NCBI RefSeq assembly: GCF_009914755.1
Contig: NC_060927.1
Strand: one strand, 5' to 3'
Length of the DNA stretch: 64,000 bases
Origin: the human T2T-CHM13v2.0 reference genome, Homo sapiens
The position numbers were made by a program, and so were the translations under genes. Shown here piece by piece: positions 48,116 to 64,000 of this stretch. The stretch's first letter is position 1. Every line of letters starts with the position of its first letter. The notes under the pieces were generated by a model that was given only the letters and a program-made list of their open reading frames with translations, was not told where the DNA came from and searched no databases.

Positions 48116-49728
48116 CTGTCACTTGGCCAACTTGGCCCAGTTACAATTGACTTCAGCCTCAGTTTCTTCATCTGTAAAACAGAAACAATAAACCTTTGCA
48201 GGGTTGTATGGATTACAGATAATGTATGCTAAATGCCTGCTAGGTGAGTTGGTAGGTGAAGGGCAACCATTAGTAATAGCAAAGACCTTACTTTGAAGAA
48301 CTTATTCTAAAGAGTGGTAACTGAGATGTGTCCCTGTGATGACCTGCTCAGGCCCAAAATGACTCAAGCTTCTCTGGAAGACAGAATCCTAGGCCTCAGA
48401 TCCCAAGCCCTGAGGCTGGGGTGAGAAGGAATTGCGGGAAGGGCCTGAGGATGCAGCAGAGAGAGCAGTGGGGGCTCCTCTGCCTTCCAGGATTGACCAA
48501 GGCTGAATGTGAAACTTCCGTGGTCTTAAAGCCTCACCCCAGGGAAGAGGCCCTGTGGCACTGAGGGAGGAGCTCTACACACACGCTGCTTGCGGAAGAG
48601 AAGGAGAAGCAGGTAGGGGACTCTGCAAAAAGAGAAAAGGAGAAAAAGAAGAGGATCTTTATTCTCTTTTACCCCCGTGTGCCTGGGATGGAGATGCTTC
48701 TCCACCCAGCCTATGGCAAACAATCATTACAGTTCCCAAGTCCACCTTCAGCCACTGCTGAAAACACAGGACTTCACTTGAAAAGTAGTCTCAGAACACT
48801 GAAATATGTCCCACTTTCAACATCAAGGAGGACATAATAGTAATCCTTTACTGGGCTCAGCACTTCACAGTTGATCTTGAGCGTTTTGGAGTCCATTTAG
48901 GCTTCATAACAATCCTTCCAAGTGGCTGCAGCAGGAGATCCAGTTTCCAAAAGGGAAAACAGAACTGGCTCAAAGGACTAAGAGCCGGAGAGTGGCTGAG
49001 CCAGGTCTCCAAACTTGATAGGACTCCAAGGCCAGTGGGTGCCTTTTCAAGACCACTAATGACAGCTACCATTTTTTGGGCACATTCTCTGTGCGAGGAA
49101 AGCCCTGTAGTAGGTGTTCTATATAGGCTACATAATTTGATTTATTCCACTCCCCTCACAACTCTAAGCAGTAGGAAGGAGCAGGCCCACTTTACAGATG
49201 CTGGAAACAAGGCTTGACGAATGAAATGAGTTGTCCAGAGTCACAAAGCCTGTTGGTGGCAGAACTGCAACTTGGCCCTAGGACTTCTCACTTTGATTTC
49301 AGCTTCCTCCTTTTGCAGCGCTACTCCATAGCTGACGGCCACAGCTATACAGTGGTACCTACTCTAGTTACTTATCTGCCCTTCGTGACCTCGCCTAACC
49401 TCTTGGAATCTATTTACTTCTGTGTAAAATGGGGATAATAATATCTATAGTATAGGCTTGTAAGAATGACATAAGATCATTTTTGCAAAGTACATTGTAG
49501 ATACAGATAAATGTATCTGTATCTACAATATACTTTAGCCAGTGGTGATGGAGAGCCTGGGGTCAGAATACTTAGGTTCAAATGATTTTAGCCATATTAT
49601 TTAACCTCTCTGTGCCTTAGTTTCCTTATTTGTAGAATGGGGCTATAACCATACCTACCTCAGAGGGTCATTGTAAGGAGTAAGTAAAGTAACCCAGGTG
49701 AAGGCTACACATAGTAAGTGCTCAATAA

Positions 49729-50397
<669 letters not shown>

Positions 50398-50522
50398 TGA
50401 GTAGCTGGGACTATAGGTGTACACTACCATGCTTGGCTCATTTTAAAATTTTTTGTAGAGGCCAGGCGCGGTGGCTCATGCCTGTAATCCTAGCACTTTG
50501 GGAGGCCGAGGCAGGCGGATCA

Positions 50523-50820
<298 letters not shown>

Positions 50821-51136
50821 TTATCTGCCTATTTTTATTGCTTGTTGTCTGTCTCCCTCCAGGACAAGGATTTTGTCCTTCTCTTCAGAGGTATTCCCAG
50901 CACCTACAACAGTGCCTGGCACATAGTAGCTGCACGATACATATTAGCTACTATAGTAAAGTCTACCTGACTACCCTATTTAATAGAATATTCCCCATGC
51001 TCAATCTGAATTCCTGATTCCCTTTAACCAACTTTTTTTCCTTTTTTTTTTTTTTGCAATAGTGCTTATTACCTTTAAGACACTCTGTAACATACTATAT
51101 TTATTATTTATTGTTAGTCTTTCTCTCCACACCTAG

Positions 51137-51412
<276 letters not shown>

Positions 51413-51559
51413 TGATCCGTCCGCCTCGGCCTCCCAAAGTACTGGGATTACAGGAGTGATCCACCGCGCCCGGCTGTAGGGTTTCTTATTCAGGTATTAC
51501 CAACACCTAGGGAGTTGCCTGGCATACAGTAGGTAATTAATGGAGTATTTGATGAGCGC

Positions 51560-52859
<1,300 letters not shown>

Positions 52860-53561
52860 TGATCCGCCCACCCTGGGCCTCCCAAAGTGCTGGGATTACA
52901 GGCATGAGCCACCGCGCCCGGCCTCCGGAACTCTTGATCTCAGGCGATCCACCTGCTTCGGCCTCCCAAAGTGCTGGGATTACAGGCGTGAGCCACTGTG
53001 CCCAGCCTATTTATCATATTTGTGATTAAATGTACTTTACCATTATAGTTTTAAAATCAGATATTTACTTTTAGTGTACATTGTTTTGATCACAGTATTT
53101 ATGACTATCAACCTGTTTTGAGATCAGATGTGTCCTAATAGATTCAGTGTGTATAATGGGGCCTAAGCACAAGCACTTACTTTCACTCTATTGCAAGGTG
53201 CACAGTTCTAGATAATTCCGTGGGAAGGCACTCAGACAGCCTCCATATGTTTTGTTTGTTGGTGCCTGACGGATGACTGGCGGAGAGGGCCATGGACTCT
53301 GCGGGGAGGCCGCTTGCCTGTTGTCTCTGCTTTCCAGGTGGAGATCTGCATTCCAGGCTCTTGCTGTATGACTTTGGGCCAGTTTGTTAACCTCTCTGAG
53401 CCTCAGCTTCTGAATCTGTATGTAAACTGGAGATGATAATTATAGCTTCTTCATAAAGTTGTGAGGAATGAAAATACTGTATAAAAGCACTGACACCTAA
53501 GTGTTAAATATTCTTATAAGTCATAAGTTGTAATATTCTCTTTTCATTTTTATTTTTTTGA

Positions 53562-53702
<141 letters not shown>

Positions 53703-53989
53703 TAATTTTTATGTTTTTAGTAGAGATGGGGTTTCGCCATGTTGGCCAGGCTGGTCTCGAACTCCTGACCTCATGTGATTTGGCCGCTTTGGCCTCCCAA
53801 AGTGCTGGGATTACAGGCGTGAGCCACTGCTCCTGGACCTGGCTTCACTACTTTGAATGTTTCCTGGGCAGTGAACAAACTTTGTGTGAGACTCCCTCTC
53901 ATTTTTTCCACATTGGCCCAGCCCTCAGTTACAAATGCCAGAACAACTTCTGTTTCTAGGAAATTCAATTAGAAGGCATACCTATGACT

Positions 53990-55550
<1,561 letters not shown>

Positions 55551-55784
55551 ACCTCTGCGAGGCTCCCCACTGGGATGGATATGATCTGAACACCTTGCCA
55601 GGCATGTTGACTCTGACACATCTGCCCAGTGCTGGCCTCTCTGACCTCCTCTTCTTCCACACCCACTGTCACTCCCCTGCTCCAGCCACACTGACCTCCC
55701 TGGGCCAGACACAGGGTCTTTGCAGGTGCTGTTCCCTCTGCCTGGGACGTTCTTCCCCCTGTGTTACCTGGGGCTAGCTTTCTA

Positions 55785-57345
55785 GTCTATTAGTTTCCTC
55801 CTGTTGCAGTTATAGATTACTACAATATCAGGGGAACCAGCCCGCAGTATTTCAATGTAGGTTCTTTTCTATTTTCCCTAAGTGTCGGCCGGTCTGAGAA
55901 ATAAAGAGTACAAAGAGAGAAATTTTACATCTAGGCCTCTGGGGGTGCTGTTACACATTGGTAGGACCGTGATGGTGACCCCGAGCCACAAAACCAGCGA
56001 GTTTTTATTAGGGATTTCAAAAGGGGAGGGGTGTACGAATAGGGAGTAGGTCCCAGAGATCACATTCTTCAAAGGGCAATAAAAGATCACAAGGCAAAGG
56101 TGAAATTAGAATTACTGGTGAAGGTCCATGTCCCACTGGGCACGCATTGTCTTCATAAACATCTTAACAGGAAACAGGGTTGGAGAGCAGACAACCCGTC
56201 TGACTAGAATTCACCAGGCTGGAATTTCCCAATCCTAGTAAGCCTGAGGGCACTGCAGGAGACCAGGGCATATTTCATCCCTTATCTCAACTGCATCAGA
56301 CAGACACCCCCAGAGTGGCCATTTATAGACCTACCCCGGGAATGCGTTCCTTCCCCAGGGTTATCAATTATTAATATTCCTTGCTGGGAAAAGAATTCAG
56401 CGATATTTCTCCTACTCACACGTCCATCTATAGGCTCTCTGTGAGAAGAAAAATATGGCTCTATTCTGCCCGACCCCACAGGCAGTCAGACCTTATGGTT
56501 ATCTTCCCTTGTTCCCTGAACATCACTGTTATTCTGTTCTTTTTCAGGGTGCCCTGATTTCATATTGTTTAAACACCCACGTTTTACAATCAGATTTCAT
56601 ATTTTTCAAACACACGTTTTACAAACAATTTATACAGTTAATGCAATCATCACAGGGTCCTGAGGTGACATACATCCTCAGCTTATGAAAATGATGGGAT
56701 TAAGAGATTAAAGACAGGCATAGGAAATTATAAGAGTATAAATGTCCATAAAATCTTCACAATTTATGTTCAGAGATTGCAGTAAAGACAGACGTAAGAA
56801 ATTATAAAAGTATTAATTTTGGGAACTGATAAATGTCCATGAAATCTTCACAAGTTGTATTCTTCTGCCGTGGCTTCAGCCGGTCCTGTTCGGGGCCCCT
56901 GACTTCCCACAACACTACAAAGTTGGTGGCCTGTAACACCTCAAGTTTATTATCTCAGCATTCTGGAGGTCAGAAGTCCTAACTCAGGGTGGCTCTAGGG
57001 AGGAGTCGGTCTCCTGGCCTTGACTGGCTTCCTGAGGCCTGCAGCATCCTGTGGCTTATGGCCCCTTCCTCCATCATCAAGGCCATGGGTGTGTATCATC
57101 ACATCTGTCTCTGTGACTTCTGCTTCTACCATCACCTCATCTCTGAATCTGATGTTCTGGCCTCCCCCTTACAGGGACCCTGGTAATTACCTTGGCCAGA
57201 CCCAGAGAATCCAGGATAATCTCATCTCAGAATCCTTGATTTAATCTAACCTGCAAAGTCCCTTTTGCTATGTAAGGTACCATATTCACAGGTCTCGGGG
57301 CTTAGGATGTGGATGTTTTCCAAGGGTATTATTCTGTCTGTCACA
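55785..57345 (-). mobile_element. MLT1-family LTR interrupted by MER11
   Basis: tattagtttcct...ttactacaa | agttggtggcc...ttctggaggtcagaagtcc...ctgcaaagtcccttttg...caca. Confidence 0.75.
55826..56914 (-). mobile_element. Solo MER11 (ERVK/HML-8) LTR in IRAK2 intron 1
   Basis: Minus strand begins TGTTGTGGGAAGTCAGGGGCCCCGAAC; 6-bp TSD CTACAA (55820-55825 / 56915-56920). It splits an MLT1 element. Confidence 0.9.
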
Positions 57346-58509
57346 GTCCTTCAGGTAAGCTCCTGTGGCACCTCTTTGAAATCAAGAGGACTTTCCTGCC
57401 CCTGTTCCTCTCTAGCCCATCACCGTGTTTCATTTCCCTCATTCCGCTTCACAGCCTTTGATGTCCCCTCGTTCCTGAATTTTTTCCACCTGTCTCTCCC
57501 TATGGAATGGAAGCCCCGTGCGGGCAGGGGCCTTACCTGTCTAGTTTTTCACTGCTGTATTCCCAGAGCCTGGGACAGTGCCTGGCTAGAGGGCAGGTGC
57601 CAGAATGAATGATGAGCTGCCAGGCCTTGGTGTGGTGAGGATGCGGGCTGCCCACTCTTACCCATTGGAGCTGGCCTGGAGCCTTTGGTCAGCCCACTTC
57701 CTACACTGGATCAGAGCCAGCGGTGCCTCCGGCCCACTGCTCCTCGCCCAGTCCCAGTGCTCCAGTTCCCTCTTCAGCTGAATGAACGAGTGACTGTGAT
57801 TGACCCTTCAGTCCTAAAAATTCTTGGCTTCCTGTGGGTCATTTTAGAAAGAAGACAGTCCCTCAGAGCTGATGGTGATACTGGGAGAGTGTAGTGAGAA
57901 CGCTAAAGTGATTCAGAAGATCCCGCAGCCACAGACAGCCACGCTCTTTCAGATCCGACACTTGTTGGCAGATAATCTGGCCACGCCTAGTTCTTGTCTC
58001 CGTGATGGCAGCTGCCTCTGTTGGGCTTTGCCTGAGCCTGTGTAAAAAGGGTTTCCTACAGCTTCAGCCCCAGGTGTGTGCAGAGGGGCTCGGCGCAGGG
58101 GCTCTTCTGTGTGTGGCCGTTCCCCGTCTCGTTCACTCATGCGTGTGCCAGCCTTTGTGCACAGCCCTGCTTTGCCCTGCCCAGCTGTGTGACATCAGGC
58201 AGGTGACTATCTCTCTCTGAGCCTTTAGTTTCCTCATCCATGAAGCACCCTCACAGTGTTGCTGAGAGGCTTAGGAGACTCAGCTTATTGTAAAGGGTCA
58301 AGTTAGGGCTTTCCTCATCCCCCACCCAGGGAGGGGTGTGGGCATTCGATTCTAAGATGGGTCATTTCAGGAGGCTGTGCCATCCCTGCTGTGGAGGACT
58401 TTGAAGACAGGCAAGGTTTTCTACTGCCTCGGGTGAACTCCTGCAGGATTCAGGAACTCAAGAGTGATAGTCCCTGTACTGTTAATCATCAGGGATAAAA
58501 ACATTTTCA

Positions 58510-59898
<1,389 letters not shown>

Positions 59899-60334
59899 TC
59901 ATAGAATGTAGATAGTTTAACACTTACAGCTAATACTTATATCATGTTTATTGTGTGTTAAGCACTGTTCTGAGTGCTTCTGTACATAGAACTCATCTAA
60001 TCCTTGCAACAATCTCGGAGGCAGGTGCTGCTGTTATCCTTGTTTGACAGATGAGGAAACTGAGGCTCAGGGGGAGATGAACACCTTCCCCAAAAACACA
60101 GCAAGTAAGCAGCAGAGACAGGATTTGAACCCAGGCCCCGAATCCCAATATCTGGCCTCTGAACCACCACTACTGTCCTGCTGACTTTCGCACATGTTTT
60201 CATATCTGTAGAAAAAGTCTGGAAGATTAGACACCAAAATGTAACTGGTGGTGTCCTTGGAGTCCTCCAAGTGGGATAATCATGGGGACTTTCATTTTCT
60301 TGTTTCCCAAATATTCTACGATGACCAGCTATTA

Positions 60335-60778
<444 letters not shown>

Positions 60779-61336
60779 TTAAGATATGGCACCGTCATGG
60801 AACAAAAATGTCTAAGCTGGAAGGCACCTTAGAGTTTAATTCCTGTTTCTCTTGTATTACCATCACGAGTAAGGAAAGTTCAGCCCACAGAGAGTCAGGC
60901 TGTGGCTGAGTTCCTGCTGCCACCCACGAGGGGTGGCCCTGGGCTTCTGTTTTCCCATTACGTCATGCTGCCTCCCAAGATGGGAGTGTGTGTGGATGAC
61001 CAATGCTTCGTGGGGGGAGATGGTCCTTCCTTTTCCATCCGTTCTCTTCTCTGTATTGCTAGAAGCAGCCGCTGACCCAGCTGACATCACTTCCCACTGA
61101 CCAGCAATCTGGCCTGGGGTTTCCAGTGACTAACATAGCAATTTAGGAACTTTCCATCTTAATGGGGCACTTCTCCTGGAGGCTTTCTGTGTGCAGGAGA
61201 CTGTCACCAGCCCATTTTGTCCAAAGGGTAGGGGATTGTGCAATCTGGTCACAGCACTCACTGGCTCTGAAATTTTCTGTGGTCCCTTGTAACTCTTAGG
61301 ATCAAGTCCAAACTCCAAAGCTGGGCATTCACTTGA

Positions 61337-61955
<619 letters not shown>

Positions 61956-63326
61956 TCATGCCACCTGGGCAACAGAGTGACACCCTGTCTCAAAAAAAAA
62001 AAAGATTTTTAAATTTTTATTTATTTTTAATTTTTATATTTTTGAGACTCAGTCTCTGTCGCTCAGGCTGGAGTGCAGTGGCACGATCTCAGCTCACTGC
62101 AACCTCCACCTCCTAGGTTCAAGTGATTTCTCCTACCTCAGCCTCCCGAGTAGCTGGGAGATTACAGGCGTGTGTTACCACACCTGGCTAATTTTTGTAT
62201 TTTTAGTAGAGACGGGGTTTCACCATGTTGGCCAGGCTAGTATCGAACTCCTGACCTCAGGTGATCCACCTGCCTCAGCCTCCCAAAGTGCTAGGATTAT
62301 AGGCATGAGCCACTGTGCCCAGTCCCTGTGGTATAATGTTAATAAATAAGACCAGGATGCAGAATCTCAGGTGAGGCATGGTGGCTCACACCTGCAATCC
62401 CAGCACTTTAAGAGGTTGAGGTGGGAAGATTGCTTGAGGCGAGGAGTGCGAGAGCAGCCTGGGCAACATAGTGAGACCCCATCTCTTAAGAAAAGGTACA
62501 AAATCAGCTGGGCACGGTGGCTCACGCCTGTAATCCCAGTACTTTGGGAGGCCGAGGCAGGCGCATCACAAGGTCAGGAGATTGAGACCATCCTGGCTAA
62601 TGTGGTGAAACCTGGTCTCTACTAAAAATACAAAAAAATTAGCCAGGCGTGGTGGTGGGCGCCTGTAGTCCCAGCTACTCGGGAGGCTGAGGCCGGAGAA
62701 TGGCCTGAACCCGGGAGGCGGAGCTTGCAGTGAGCTCAGGAGTGCACCACTGCACTCCAGCCTGGGTGACAGAGCGAGACTCCGTCTCAAAAAAAAAAAA
62801 AAAAAAAAAAAAGAAAAGATACAAAATCTTACCTGCAGCGTGGCAACAACTACATCCAAAGACACATCTATGTAGAGGGGGTGATTTTTGGAAAGGGGAA
62901 GTACCCTAATGGCCTTAGGAGGGTGGTGAGATGCTGTGTAACTTTTCCCCCTGTATTGTCCATGTTTTTTTTTTTTTTTTTTTTTTTTGGTGAACAACCA
63001 TCAATTTTATGGTAAAACACCAAAAGAAAGAATGCATTATTTTTATTGTTACTAGTGGTAGCTCCCTGCAAGTTTTGTCCCATACTTCAGAATTGGCAAA
63101 GTATTTTTGTATCCATGGCTCTCTGATCCTTATAACAGTTCTGTGAAGACGATGTGGTATGTGTGTGTGTTTTCATTCAATCATTCACTTAGCATATCTT
63201 TTTTGTTGTTGTTTTTGGAGACAAGGTCTTGCTGTGTTGCCCAGGCTGGAGTGCAGTGACATCATCGTGGCTTGCTGCAGCCTCCAACTCCTGGGCTCAA
63301 GTGATCCTCCCATCTCAGCCTCCTGA

Positions 63327-63560
<234 letters not shown>

Positions 63561-63663
63561 TAGTAGAGACGAGGTTTCACCATGTTAGCCAGCATGGTCT
63601 CAATCTCCTGACCTTGTGATCTGCCCGCCTTGGCCTTCCAAAGTGCTGGGATTACAGGCGTAA

Positions 63664-64000
<337 letters not shown>

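Overview
Human (or very close primate) genomic DNA at 3p25.3, recognised from the translated exons. It holds three + strand genes. BRK1 is complete (3 coding exons, 75 aa). VHL is complete (3 exons, 213 aa, with internal Met54, cryptic exon E1' and a long Alu-rich 3'UTR). IRAK2 is represented by its promoter, first coding exon and start of intron 1. By eye roughly half of the window is Alu sequence. It also has solo LTRs with readable target-site duplications (MER61-like, LTR12, THE1, MER66-like, MER11), L1/L2/MIR and Tigger/MER5 fossils, and two U13 snoRNA retrocopies. Almost all ORFs in the supplied track are Alu or GC-rich artefacts. I see no convincing wholly new biological system. The best leads are regulatory or structural: a CpG-preserved U13 copy in the VHL promoter, inverted-Alu architecture around VHL exon 2 and in its 3'UTR, an LTR12 upstream of VHL, a template-switch palindrome inside an LTR nested in an Alu, and kB/AP-1 motifs in IRAK2 intron 1. 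Repeat subfamily names are from memory of consensus sequences and need Dfam/RepeatMasker confirmation.
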